A DNA stretch of 50,524 bases. It comes from Minisyncoccia bacterium. Its GTDB lineage: Bacteria > Patescibacteriota > Minisyncoccia > Moranbacterales > GCA-2747515. Position numbers and translations under genes: made by a program. Numbering within the stretch: the first letter of the stretch is position 1; every line of letters begins with the position of its first letter. Below, one piece after another: positions 28,003 through 38,102 of this stretch. Under the pieces are notes generated by a model. That model made no database searches, had not been told where the DNA came from, and saw only the letters and a program-made list of their open reading frames with translations. The stretch is from NCBI GenBank assembly GCA_041738235.1, contig JBGSQF010000018.1, positions 67,404 to 117,927 on the forward strand, written 5' to 3'.

Positions 28003-29589
28003 TTATTGACTACAACCAACGCCTTCTTTCCACTCGTATACCTTCGCGGCGCCTCGTACGGAGGAGCTATCGATCTTTTGTAGTGTACTCTCGATATAGG
28101 TTCGGCCGTCTTTGCTTACGAAGTTCCAGTCATTATCAAAGATCACGACAAATCCAGTTGGGTGTGTACAAATAAAGGTTTGAATCTCTTCTTTGGTAAG
28201 ATCATGATCGGCGCGCTCCCCACCAAATTCGAGCACGGGTGTGTTCCATTCGGCATAGTAGAAGTTGCGGAAGTTCCGTGTGATAAGTGCGTGCAGTTCT
28301 TGTGTATTGGATTTTTTGAGATACGTGAAGACTTTGCGATAATCGGCGACAGGATCATTGCCACGGTTATAGGTGGAAGCATCGTTTACAAAGTAGCCGT
28401 AATTTGGGAGCAAAAGTATGGCCAAAGAAAATACTATAAAAGAGATCTTTGTTTTGGAAATAGTGGGGAGGTTTTTTTGTATCCAATCAATAATTCCTGT
28501 AATGCCACAGGCTGTGAGGATAAGTGCGAATGGCTGGAGATAAAAGATATACTGGGTTCCTTGTGCTCGACTCCAAACAAACATGGTAAGAAGAAGAGGA
28601 ACAAGGAATGAAGTGAGAAGCCAGAGAGCTTGCTTTTTCTTTTTGAGTGTGACAAAGAGCGTGTAAAAACCAAGAACGATAAGTAAAGCGCCGAAAAGCG
28701 GATGTTGGAAGTCGCGGAGAAATTTTTCCAAATATCCATAGTTGTCTATAAAAAGTTTGGATGTGCCGAGAATGGCTTGAGGGATCTGTGGGAAGAAGAG
28801 AAAGGAGATGACCCCACCCACAAAAAAAGTTCCGAGTCCCCAAAGTGCGCTTATGGACGGGGCAATCTTTTTATACTGGGACAGTAAGGCAACAATAACG
28901 AAGTACCCGAAGAGAGAAAAAGCAATATTTACGGTAAGGAGCTGAAGGTGCAGACTGAGAAGCCCGATGATGATAACAGGAACAAGGTAGAGGAAATTGA
29001 TGCCAAAGAAGCCCGATAGCATGCCGAGTAATTTTGGTTTTTTGAAGGGGAATTTTGATTCGAGAAAAAGGAAGAGCCAGGTGGAGAGAATGAGAAATAT
29101 GGGCGTGAACATGGCGTACATGCGAAGCTTTCGGTCGTATTCGATGCCAGTGATGCTGACAGCGAAGAGAAATGCTGAAAGGAGGGCAACCCTGGTATCT
29201 TTAGTAAAAATCCGTGCACTCCAGAAGATAACAAGAGTAGTCAGTAGTCCCCAAATAACACTTATGGAGCGAGCTGTCGTTTCGGTGGCAGGGAAGATGG
29301 AAAAAAGTTGTGCTACTTGCCAGCGATAGATCCATGATCGTTCATCACGCGCGGCATATGGATCAAGCGTGTCAGTTTGACTGAGATTGAAGTCCCAAGC
29401 TTTCCAGGTGTTTGTTTGGTGATAGCCGTAGCTGGCGTTCATGTCGATAAATTCGTCCGCAACAAATGGGTTATTTCCGAGTCCCCATGCGCGAAGTAGG
29501 AGGGTGAGCAGGAGAATGGAGATAAGAATGATCGAGACGGCGTGTTTTTGGAGAAAGGAAAAGCAGGAATAGATGTGAAGCTTTCTCAT
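28003..29589 (-). CDS. GT-C fold (ArnT/PMT-like) membrane glycosyltransferase
   Basis: LLRAWGLG..PFVADE, ARSISV..G, RMY motifs; many TMs. Confidence 0.85.
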   Translation of the reverse strand: MRKLHIYSCFSFLQKHAVSIILISILLLTLLLRAWGLGNNPFVADEFIDMNASYGYHQTNTWKAWDFNLSQTDTLDPYAARDERSWIYRWQVAQLFSIFPATETTARSISVIWGLLTTLVIFWSARIFTKDTRVALLSAFLFAVSITGIEYDRKLRMYAMFTPIFLILSTWLFLFLESKFPFKKPKLLGMLSGFFGINFLYLVPVIIIGLLSLHLQLLTVNIAFSLFGYFVIVALLSQYKKIAPSISALWGLGTFFVGGVISFLFFPQIPQAILGTSKLFIDNYGYLEKFLRDFQHPLFGALLIVLGFYTLFVTLKKKKQALWLLTSFLVPLLLTMFVWSRAQGTQYIFYLQPFALILTACGITGIIDWIQKNLPTISKTKISFIVFSLAILLLPNYGYFVNDASTYNRGNDPVADYRKVFTYLKKSNTQELHALITRNFRNFYYAEWNTPVLEFGGERADHDLTKEEIQTFICTHPTGFVVIFDNDWNFVSKDGRTYIESTLQKIDSSSVRGAAKVYEWKEGVGCSQ

Positions 29590-29619
29590 AGGGTATCATT
29601 AAGGTCCTAGGACGAGTTG

Positions 29620-31674
29620 TTATTTATAGAGTGCGTCTGAACTATATTCCTCTCTCATTTTGTAGATCTTTACAAAGTCACCTGGACGATCCCCGATGAG
29701 GAGTTGCCATACTGGTTCAGGATAGAATTTTTCATCAGCGATAAGCTTGTTCCAGGTGGACTTGTTGTTGATCAATCCCTTTCGAGTAACCACCAAATAG
29801 TCAAAACCTGAGAATCGACCTCTATTGTACCATTTGATGACGCTTCCTTTGATGCAATATCCGTACATAAAAGGGCAAACACCTTCATAGTCGGACCAGA
29901 CGGTCATGGTCTTGGCATTGGGTTGCGCATTGAGCCATTGAGCTGCTTCATAACCACCATAGCCCCATGCGCTCGTTATGATCTGTTTTTTGGGAAGAAG
30001 ATCATTTGTGTAGAGAAAGAGGTAGGGGAGGTAAGAATAGGTGACATAGGCAGAAGTGGCCAGCAGGATCGTCATAAAACCATACGACCACCATTTGCTC
30101 TTGAGCAGGGACTCTGTGACAAATATGACCCCGATTGCTGCGAGTCCTGCCATAGCCGGATAGACAAGTACGCTATAGCGAATATGGACCAGTACGTCTT
30201 GCGAAAGGATAGCGGCATAATAAAAGACGATAAATGTGGTCAGGGTAAAGATAAGGAAGGTAAATCGATTTCTTTTCCATATCAGAAGAAGCAAGGTAAG
30301 AAATGCCGGGATTAGTACCGTGGGTTGTAAAGAAAATACCAATGGCTTGATCTCAAGAAAAGGTTTCCAATGAAAATCAAGTTTGGTAAAGTCTTTCCCC
30401 TTTCCGGCATCGTAAGAAACGTCTTCAAAGTGAAAATGGTTGTGCCAACCCCAGTTGAAGAGAGTAAAGAGTGCGATCCCTGAGAAGAGAAGTGCGAAGA
30501 GGATGAGGATCGGCTGGCGAAGTAGTCGGATCTTGGTCAGGAGAAAGAAGAGAGCTCGACCTCGAAGGAATATCCCATCAAATAAGAAGAGCCCATAAAC
30601 GATCCCCATGGCCCAAAGCACATCAGAGACATCCTTGGCGTGTTTAAAGGCGATAGTGCCTTTGAGTATGAATTCCGGATGAAGGATCGCTGCCGGCATA
30701 AGGAGTGCAAACACCCCAATGCCCAAGGCAATAAAGACGACCCAGCCCAAGAGGAGTTTGATCGTGGCATTGGCATATTTTTTTCGATCTTCAAATGTGG
30801 TGATCTGGTAGAAGAGGTGTGCGAAGGTGATAAAGAATGTAAAGAAGATGAGAAATGACGTGCCGTACTTGCTGAGGAGCGCTAACCCAAAGAGAGGTCC
30901 TGCTAGGAGAAGCCATCGAAAGTGAGTAGTTCTAACAAATACGAGGTAGGCGAAGAGTGCGGTGATCCCCAGTGACCATACCGTTGCATCCGGGTTGACT
31001 ATCTGCGAAACTCCAATAAGAACAGGGCTTAATGCTGTGAATCCAGTAAAAAGGAGGGCAAATGTACTACTCCTGGTATATGCCCAGGCAAGCCAGAAAA
31101 GAATAAACAGGAGCACTCCATTGGCGATCACAAATGGAAGTTGGAAGAGGTAGGTGGTTTGTTCGTACACTTTCGGATCATATCGATCCACGATATTGCC
31201 GTCATCAAGCATCTTCTTTTCTGGATGGGTATCCGCTTTGTAGCCCCAGTAGCCAAGAAGTGCCGTGGTTACGCCGGGTTTATCGTTTATACGCGTTCTT
31301 TCCCAATCTTTATTTTCCATAGCCTTCCAATATTCATGGATGCGTCCAGATACCGGGTCGGCGTACCAGAGATCCTCGTCAGCGGTTTGAAACTTGCCCA
31401 GGTGAGTGAGTCCAAAATAGAAGTATCCGCTGAGGATCGCAGTAAGAAAGAGAATGGCGATAAAGAACTCAAGTAAGCGTTTTTGAGGTTTTTTGGGAGG
31501 AGTTTTCGGCGTGGATGCGTTATCTGTTTTATCTGGTACTGTTTGGATTGGTTTGGTGTTAACGGATGCTTTTATCTTCTGCTTCGTGGAGGCATTTTTT
31601 TCTTTAGAAACAATACTTTTCAACGCAAGAAAAAAGTCCTTAACCTTTGAAAATGGTGAAAGAAAATTATTCAT
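29620..31674 (-). CDS. GT-C fold membrane glycosyltransferase, paralog 2
   Basis: TADEDLW, INDKPGV, SQIVNPD, LSKY, WGYGGYEAAQWLN. Confidence 0.85.
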   Translation of the reverse strand: MNNFLSPFSKVKDFFLALKSIVSKEKNASTKQKIKASVNTKPIQTVPDKTDNASTPKTPPKKPQKRLLEFFIAILFLTAILSGYFYFGLTHLGKFQTADEDLWYADPVSGRIHEYWKAMENKDWERTRINDKPGVTTALLGYWGYKADTHPEKKMLDDGNIVDRYDPKVYEQTTYLFQLPFVIANGVLLFILFWLAWAYTRSSTFALLFTGFTALSPVLIGVSQIVNPDATVWSLGITALFAYLVFVRTTHFRWLLLAGPLFGLALLSKYGTSFLIFFTFFITFAHLFYQITTFEDRKKYANATIKLLLGWVVFIALGIGVFALLMPAAILHPEFILKGTIAFKHAKDVSDVLWAMGIVYGLFLFDGIFLRGRALFFLLTKIRLLRQPILILFALLFSGIALFTLFNWGWHNHFHFEDVSYDAGKGKDFTKLDFHWKPFLEIKPLVFSLQPTVLIPAFLTLLLLIWKRNRFTFLIFTLTTFIVFYYAAILSQDVLVHIRYSVLVYPAMAGLAAIGVIFVTESLLKSKWWSYGFMTILLATSAYVTYSYLPYLFLYTNDLLPKKQIITSAWGYGGYEAAQWLNAQPNAKTMTVWSDYEGVCPFMYGYCIKGSVIKWYNRGRFSGFDYLVVTRKGLINNKSTWNKLIADEKFYPEPVWQLLIGDRPGDFVKIYKMREEYSSDALYK

Positions 31675-33700
31675 GAATATTTTTATAAATTCTTACGAAA
31701 TTTTTTACACGCCCACCAACGGAGTATTCCCATTCAGAGTTTGACTCGGTATGGTAGGGAAATTTTGGTGCCACAGTTCCCCGTAAAGTACGCAGTATAT
31801 AATCGATGGGATATTTTTCAGTATCTACCTTCTGCTTTTTGATACAATTTCCGATAAAAAATTCACAAGTTCCGTAAGAGTCTGTCCAGAGCGTAATATT
31901 TTTGGCATCCGGTTTTGCGTTGAGGTATTGGGCTGCCTCATATCCACCATACCCCCAAGAGTGGAAAAGAAGGTATCTTTTTGGGAGGAGCTTGTTAGCA
32001 TAGATGAAATAATGCGGGTAGGCAAGGGACAGCGAAATTGCGCCAAGAACGAGAAGTGCAAGGGAGAGAATAATGGGGGAGATGGTCGGGATCGTGAATC
32101 GAGAATGAAATTTCTTAAGCAGAAAGATGAATGCAGCGATGAAAGCGATCGTGATAAGAGATACAAGGACAATATGATTGTCAATGAGGTTCTCTATGAT
32201 GATCTTTCCCGCTGTTGTCAAAAGATCGTGAAAGAAAAGAAAAGAAGCAAAGGCAAGGGCAAAGAATATAAAAGTAGGTGCAATATATTTTGAGAAAATA
32301 TGTTCCTTTTCTGTTTTCGGAAAAAAAAGCGATCGAAGCGCTAGGGATCCAAGTATGAGCGCGAAAGGAAAAAGAATAATACTATAGCGTACGGTTACCA
32401 AAAGGCCCTGTTCGATCACCGCAGCGTAAAACACGAGAAAGAAGAGGGAAAGCGTGAAAACAAAGGAGCGCCTTTTTAGAGATCCAAACAACGCCTGTGC
32501 CCAAGCAGAGATAAGAAGAAAAAGGGTGACAGGTGTGAGGGCGAAGACAAGTGGAACCCACTCTGCGATGAATCGAGCAAGATAAGGATTTTTCGTAGTA
32601 AAGGTCTCTTTGGTCTTTGCGTCAAATGGGATGCCGGAAAGATCGATAAGGCTATTTCGGGACATCCAATTGATGAGTGTAAAAGACACCGCCGAGAAAA
32701 GGACCACATAAAGGGTTCTCTCGATCCATTTCCTTTTTGGGGCGATCAAGGAGAGAAATTTCCAGGTGATCAAGCTGCCTAGCAAGGATGCGTCGAGTAG
32801 TAGCAGGAATATAAAGGTAGAGGCGGCAGCAAATATGGGGAGCATTCCTGGAAATCCTACAGTGCTTTCATAGAGGACCTCGGGGTCAGCGATCGCTGCA
32901 GGCATGAGTAAAGCAAAGAGAAATGTTCCTCCAAGAAGGGTGATGGCATACGCGAGGATATCTTTTTGTACTGTTTTTGCAAGGAGGGATCGATCGTTCT
33001 TATACAAAGAAAAATGAAAAAGATAGTTTATGGCGATCATGGCAAGGAAGAACGGAAAAAAGATCACACCTACATATTTACTGAGGAGTGTTCCTCCAAA
33101 AAGCAAAGCGGCTATCCAGGCGAGTCGATCCTCACGTTTTTGCAGATAGGCGAAGAAGGTAAGTAGGGTTGCCGATCCCAGCGACCAAAAAAGGGTATCG
33201 GGATTGACGATCTGGGAGATGCCCAATGTAATAGGTGAGAGCAGAATGAGTATGGATGCCCACAAGGAAATCCACTCATCGTGAGTGATCTTTTTGAGTA
33301 TCCAAAAGAAATAAAGAATGAAGAGCCCATTGAAGAGAAGCAGTGGGAGACGGAACCAAAAAATGATCTGTTGGGTAACTGCCGGATCAAAGCGCTTTAT
33401 GACGCCGTCATCGAAAATGATCTGTTTATCGATGATGCTTTGGACGAAAGGAATTGCGATCCCAGAGACAATGGCGGTAGAAACTCCCGGTTTGTCGTTA
33501 ATACGTGTGTCTTCCCAATCTCCCTCGGTCATGGATTTCCAATACTCTTGTACGCGCTCATCACTGAAGTTTGGGAGCCAAAAATGTTCGTCTGCGGTGA
33601 TATAGTGGGTAATATTGGAAAGCCCGAAGCCAAAATAAAGAAAAAGGCCCAAGAGCAGAAAAGTAATGGGTTTTTGTGTAATTGAAAGGAATTTAGGCAT
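31667..33700 (-). CDS. GT-C fold membrane glycosyltransferase, paralog 3
   Basis: TADEHFW, INDKPGV, SQIVNPD, LSKY, WGYGGYEAAQYLN; 8-bp overlap with the next gene; start at MPKF (33700) preferred. Confidence 0.85.
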   Translation of the reverse strand: MPKFLSITQKPITFLLLGLFLYFGFGLSNITHYITADEHFWLPNFSDERVQEYWKSMTEGDWEDTRINDKPGVSTAIVSGIAIPFVQSIIDKQIIFDDGVIKRFDPAVTQQIIFWFRLPLLLFNGLFILYFFWILKKITHDEWISLWASILILLSPITLGISQIVNPDTLFWSLGSATLLTFFAYLQKREDRLAWIAALLFGGTLLSKYVGVIFFPFFLAMIAINYLFHFSLYKNDRSLLAKTVQKDILAYAITLLGGTFLFALLMPAAIADPEVLYESTVGFPGMLPIFAAASTFIFLLLLDASLLGSLITWKFLSLIAPKRKWIERTLYVVLFSAVSFTLINWMSRNSLIDLSGIPFDAKTKETFTTKNPYLARFIAEWVPLVFALTPVTLFLLISAWAQALFGSLKRRSFVFTLSLFFLVFYAAVIEQGLLVTVRYSIILFPFALILGSLALRSLFFPKTEKEHIFSKYIAPTFIFFALAFASFLFFHDLLTTAGKIIIENLIDNHIVLVSLITIAFIAAFIFLLKKFHSRFTIPTISPIILSLALLVLGAISLSLAYPHYFIYANKLLPKRYLLFHSWGYGGYEAAQYLNAKPDAKNITLWTDSYGTCEFFIGNCIKKQKVDTEKYPIDYILRTLRGTVAPKFPYHTESNSEWEYSVGGRVKNFVRIYKNIHE

Positions 33701-33774
33701 AGGATCCGATAGTATTATGTAACGAATGGTATCAAAAAAACTCTTATTTGTCCATAAAAACTCCATAACTCCGG

Positions 33775-33803
33775 TTGAGAAATTTGAGTAGAGAGGGTAT
33801 ACT
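33775..33803 (+). promoter_or_regulatory. Sigma70-type promoter
   Basis: TTGAGA-N17-TATACT ending 13 bp before the ATG at 33817. Confidence 0.55.
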
Positions 33804-33816
33804 GAAAGAGTACTAT

Positions 33817-35133
33817 ATGACAAATATCTCAGAAAGATCGTCCTTGTCAAAAACAGCTACCCAGTGGTATTGGGTGTTTCGTGTTGTTTTGTTCGCTTTC
33901 TTTGTGGGTCTTATTGGATGGGTGCTTATCAAAACGATATTTCCCAACGGGGGAGGGTATTTTGATTTTAAAAGTTATGGATCGGGAAAAAATACTTTGG
34001 CTGATCCGCGATATGATAATGGAGATCCTGTAGAGAGAGGTGTCATAAAAAAAGGAGGAACAATGACGGTGAATGCTTCGGCATCAGGAGGCTTCTCGAA
34101 AGCACAGATCGATTTTGACGGGACCTTTTCTTCTCAGAGAGAGCTTGGTGTGGTGACGATCACGCAGGCGTACCGTGCTTATTTTTATCCATTGGGAGAT
34201 CCGGTGGTTTGTCCTCGGGAAGGAACACTCATTTCTTTAAATGGAAAATATGGGATCGTTTCTCAAAAAAAGATCAGATATTTTCTCTCTCAAGACGATA
34301 TAGCACAAAGAGGGTATCGCGTAGAACAGTTCCAGGTTTTCTCCCCAGAAGGGATCAGGCAGTGCCCTTTAGGTGAGGGAATTACAAAGACAGACCAAGT
34401 GGTGTTGGGCATGATCGTTCGTACTGATGATGGGTTTTTTCAGTTCACCGGGAGTGAATGGAACTCCTTTGTAAGTGAGGCGGCATTCCACTCTCGCTAT
34501 CGGGACGAGGATGCCTCGACTGTGTCTCCAGAAACTTTTGCACAGTACCCGGTCAGCGAAACTCGTATAGGATATTTGGATGGGACGGTAGTTTCTTACG
34601 GAGAATCGGTGTATGTAGTGGAAGGGGATACACTGCGTCCAGTAGACAGCCCCGACACATTTTTGGCAAAGGGGTATATATGGGAAGAGGTTGTTCCTTT
34701 GAACGGGGAAGAATTTGGTATATATACGAGGGGAAAACTCTATACGAAGCGTGAGCCACATCCTTCCGGAACGGTATTTTTGGAACAAGACACAAACAAT
34801 ATGTATCTCGTAGAGGGTCGAAAGAGAAGAGAAGTAACTTCTTTGGAGTTGCGAACGCAATTTTCTTCGATCCGTGCCATTCCCGCGAGTGCTGTTGAGC
34901 TTGGCTCATGTTCAGTTCGTTCGGGGTGGCTGGGTCAGATATGTAATGTTGATTGGTCCAAGAGACGATCTGGTGTTGGTGCGGAGTATCAGTTGGTGTA
35001 TGTGTCTGGAGCGGATGTTCAACTTAATTCTATGGAGGTGACGTTCTTTCGAGAGAAGAACGCGAGAAACTGGTGGCTTTTTGTGGCGGACACTATGAGC
35101 AAGCTAAGAAGTCGATATCCGTTTTTACAATAA
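33817..35133 (+). CDS. Membrane-anchored surface protein with four internal repeats
   Basis: N-terminal TM; four G-T-[LV]-x..[YF]-x-[VI]-x-G..R..S...F units. Confidence 0.75.
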   Translation: MTNISERSSLSKTATQWYWVFRVVLFAFFVGLIGWVLIKTIFPNGGGYFDFKSYGSGKNTLADPRYDNGDPVERGVIKKGGTMTVNASASGGFSKAQIDFDGTFSSQRELGVVTITQAYRAYFYPLGDPVVCPREGTLISLNGKYGIVSQKKIRYFLSQDDIAQRGYRVEQFQVFSPEGIRQCPLGEGITKTDQVVLGMIVRTDDGFFQFTGSEWNSFVSEAAFHSRYRDEDASTVSPETFAQYPVSETRIGYLDGTVVSYGESVYVVEGDTLRPVDSPDTFLAKGYIWEEVVPLNGEEFGIYTRGKLYTKREPHPSGTVFLEQDTNNMYLVEGRKRREVTSLELRTQFSSIRAIPASAVELGSCSVRSGWLGQICNVDWSKRRSGVGAEYQLVYVSGADVQLNSMEVTFFREKNARNWWLFVADTMSKLRSRYPFLQ

Positions 35134-35136
35134 TAT

Positions 35137-35568
35137 ATGGGTCATATGAAGAGGTGGGAAAAAATAGAGATCGCACGGCGTCTTATGGAAGAGACACTCT
35201 TTTTATATGTTTTGAGCGGTATTGGATTTTTTGTTGCCGAAGCGATCCTTCCGGGGATATTTTCGCAACGCATAGATTTCTTTTTCTTGTATGCAGGGTT
35301 TATTGTGCTTTCTTTGGGAGTTATAACGTTTGGGAAGTTGTCTCAAAAGGATCCTTCCGAGAATGAGAATGGAGATGGGGTCATAGGAAGAAAGTGGAGT
35401 GTTCGAAAGAGTATTTTGGTCGTTATTATGTGTGCTCTTTTTCTTCTGCCGATCATAAAGAACGTCGGACCATTTATGCTGCCCTTGATGGTATTCTGTT
35501 CAGCGATAGCGATCACGCTTCTCGTTCGGAACCTTTCGGTTAGGGGGAAGTCGAGCTGTCAGAAATAA
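35137..35568 (+). CDS. Four-TM hypothetical membrane protein
   Basis: Four hydrophobic segments; 3-bp and 23-bp gaps to its neighbours. Confidence 0.7.
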   Translation: MGHMKRWEKIEIARRLMEETLFLYVLSGIGFFVAEAILPGIFSQRIDFFFLYAGFIVLSLGVITFGKLSQKDPSENENGDGVIGRKWSVRKSILVVIMCALFLLPIIKNVGPFMLPLMVFCSAIAITLLVRNLSVRGKSSCQK

Positions 35569-35591
35569 AAGGAAATGATAAGATTTGTTGT

Positions 35592-36920
35592 ATGAGAGAA
35601 AAGATCGAACGATGGCTGTGGTATATATTCGTTTTTGTATTGCCTTGGCAAACGGTCTGGATCTTTCGTGAGGTGCTTATCGCTGGGGAAAAATGGCAGT
35701 ATGGCACGGTCCCAGTTTTCATATCGGAAGTTATCTTGCTTCTTTGGTTTGGTGCTGCCTTTTGGGGGAAGCAAAAAGGCTCTTTGTTCGAGGAGCTAAA
35801 AAGAGCAGATGTTTATCAGGCAGGAACATTCCTTTTGGTGTGGATGTTCTTGTCCATATTCTGGGCTCACGATAAGGTACTCGTGTTGTTGTATAGCGGG
35901 ATATTTTTTCTCGGTGTCGGGCTTTTGTACGGAATACAGCATTGGAAGATCGATTTTCGGAAGACCATCCTTGTGTTCTCGGTTTCTTTGGCGTTGCACT
36001 CGTGTATAGCATTGGGTCAGTTTATTATGCAGGAGAGTCCAGCGGTTTCTCTTTTGGGTATGGCCCAGCATTATCCACAAGATGCGGGCACGTCCGTGCT
36101 AAAGAGCCCTTCGGAAAGGATCTTGCGCGCATATGGAGGCATGAACCATCCAAACGTTTTGGCGGGGGCTCTTACGGTGGGCATATTACTTGCTTCTTGG
36201 TTATGGATATTCTCTCGATCCATGGTTGAGAGGATCACAGTTCCTTTCTTGATTTTTTTGGAACTTCTTGCGCTTGTTTTGACCTTTTCTCGATCGGCGT
36301 GGATCGGATTTATTCTGGGATTTTTGTTGTTTTTTGGATGGCTTTATTTTCGAAAGAAGGACTGGCGGGGAAGGATAGTGCCGGTTTTTGTTCTGATCAC
36401 TGCGGCATTGGTCTTTTCGGGAGTTATCCTCAGAGAACAGATCATCCCACGATTTGAAAAAGCCCCGATCACACTTGAAGGATCAGTTCGTGATCGTGTG
36501 CAACTTGTGAATGACGCGCTCTCTGTTTGGAAGCAACATCCCATGTTAGGCGTGGGTCTAGGAAATAGCACATCAGCAGTAATGGAGAGGGAGTTTGGGA
36601 GATCTTTTTTGGAGAAGGCCGTCCCGGTTTGGGAATATCAGCCAGCTCATAACATTTTTATTGTTGCGTTAACTGAGTTGGGTATAATTGGGCTTACCCT
36701 TTTTGTTTTTGTATTCGTTCGTGTTATTTGGAGTGGGTGGGTCTACTATATAAAGGGAACGGATTCACGTGGTATCGCTACGTTTGCTTGTGTGGTGGCA
36801 CTTGTGCCGTCAGTTATATTGGATCACTGGCTTTGGACGTCCTATTTTGGGATAGTATTCATCCTTTTTCTTTTGGGATTGCTATTTCGGTACACGAAAA
36901 TTCCTCGAGTAAAGGAATAG
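35592..36920 (+). CDS. O-antigen ligase / Wzy_C family protein
   Basis: RAYGGMNHPN, LTFSRSAW, R..L...A, HPMLGVGLGN, AHNIF motifs. Confidence 0.9.
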   Translation: MREKIERWLWYIFVFVLPWQTVWIFREVLIAGEKWQYGTVPVFISEVILLLWFGAAFWGKQKGSLFEELKRADVYQAGTFLLVWMFLSIFWAHDKVLVLLYSGIFFLGVGLLYGIQHWKIDFRKTILVFSVSLALHSCIALGQFIMQESPAVSLLGMAQHYPQDAGTSVLKSPSERILRAYGGMNHPNVLAGALTVGILLASWLWIFSRSMVERITVPFLIFLELLALVLTFSRSAWIGFILGFLLFFGWLYFRKKDWRGRIVPVFVLITAALVFSGVILREQIIPRFEKAPITLEGSVRDRVQLVNDALSVWKQHPMLGVGLGNSTSAVMEREFGRSFLEKAVPVWEYQPAHNIFIVALTELGIIGLTLFVFVFVRVIWSGWVYYIKGTDSRGIATFACVVALVPSVILDHWLWTSYFGIVFILFLLGLLFRYTKIPRVKE

Positions 36921-36989
36921 TCATTGAAAGAAAAGCAAGGTATGTGCGTACTATAACGATGTGAACATAAAAATTTAAGTGTAGAATAT

Positions 36990-37712
36990 ATGATCTCTCT
37001 CGATAAAAAAACGGTTTTGTGGGCTGTGGGTGGTTTTGCTGTTGGATTTCTTGCCATGGGTGCCGTATGGGGGGCCATGAATGAGATACGGGGTGACTCT
37101 GAGGGGTGGGGGGTGCGAGGAGGTGAAAGAAGATTATCAGGGCAAAATGTACAGAAAGAGAGTGTGCGGGGAGGGATGGGGCAACAGCAAGGGTCACAAG
37201 GATATGGTATTGGTGGTGGAAACGGCATGGGGCCGGGGTCTCGTGACGCGGTTCGTCCGGGGAATTGTCTAGGAGATGAATGTTTGGCCTTTGAAAACCT
37301 TGAATACCCAGTAGGAGATCTGAGTGATGAAGCAAAGAGATCACTGGATCTTGCGCTTGCTGATGAGTATAAAGCAAAGGCAACGTATGAGTCTGTTATT
37401 GGACAGTTTGGAAGTGTTCGTCCATTCAATATGATCGTGCGTGCCGAACAACAACATATCAATGCTCTTCTTGCTGTATACGATCGGTATGGGCTTGAAG
37501 CCCCAGTAGACGCAACGCCTCAGGTAGCTTCTTTTGCAAATTTGCAGGATGCTTGTAAGGCGGGGGTAGATGCGGAGGTAGCGAATGCTGCTTTGTACAA
37601 GAACACACTTCTTCCGACCGCGGCGAATTATGAGGATATCGTATTTGTGTTTACGAACCTGATGAATGCATCACAAAACAAACACCTCCCGGCATTTGAA
37701 CGTTGCCAATAG
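36990..37712 (+). CDS. Ferritin-like (DUF2202-type) exported protein
   Basis: N-terminal TM, Gly-rich linker, DEYKA..Y, AEQQH, EVANAALY, ASQNKHLPAFERC. Confidence 0.8.
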   Translation: MISLDKKTVLWAVGGFAVGFLAMGAVWGAMNEIRGDSEGWGVRGGERRLSGQNVQKESVRGGMGQQQGSQGYGIGGGNGMGPGSRDAVRPGNCLGDECLAFENLEYPVGDLSDEAKRSLDLALADEYKAKATYESVIGQFGSVRPFNMIVRAEQQHINALLAVYDRYGLEAPVDATPQVASFANLQDACKAGVDAEVANAALYKNTLLPTAANYEDIVFVFTNLMNASQNKHLPAFERCQ

Positions 37713-37731
37713 AGAATTCTAGAAGTAAGGG

Positions 37732-37763
37732 AAAAACCGACCACATTTTTTGGTCGGTTTTTT
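37732..37763 (+). terminator. Rho-independent terminator
   Basis: AAAAACCGACCA-loop-TGGTCGGTTTTTT. Confidence 0.8.
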
Positions 37764-37767
37764 GGTC

Positions 37768-37809
37768 TTGACAAAATAACTAATACCTGTACCATAGGTA
37801 CAGGTATTA
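37768..37809 (+). promoter_or_regulatory. Promoter with overlapping palindromic operator (probable site of the CsoR-family repressor)
   Basis: TTGACA (37768)-N16-TACCAT; perfect 13-bp inverted repeat TAATACCTGTACC-ata-GGTACAGGTATTA at 37781-37809 covers the -10. Confidence 0.8.
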
Positions 37810-37828
37810 ATATATAACACACACGTAT

Positions 37829-38095
37829 ATGGAGAAGGAGAAAATACGCGTAGCGCTCAAAAAGGCTCGTACACAAATGGATCGTATTATGGAGAATATT
37901 GAAGAGGAAAAGAGTTGCTTTCCGATCATGCAGCAAACACTCGCAGTCATCGGACTGCTTAAATCGGCCAATCAAATGATGCTTAAAAGGCATATAGAAA
38001 CGGTTCTCAGTTCAGTGTCGGGGATATCGGCACAAAAAAGAGGTCGACTTGAGAAGGATCTGGTAAAGATAATTGAAACCGCACAAGCTAAATAA
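37829..38095 (+). CDS. CsoR/RcnR/FrmR family transcriptional repressor
   Basis: LKKARTQMDRIMENIEEEKSCFPIMQQTLAV.GLL.......LKRHIETV; 88 aa, helical. Confidence 0.85.
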   Translation: MEKEKIRVALKKARTQMDRIMENIEEEKSCFPIMQQTLAVIGLLKSANQMMLKRHIETVLSSVSGISAQKRGRLEKDLVKIIETAQAK

Positions 38096-38102
38096 TATCA
38101 GT

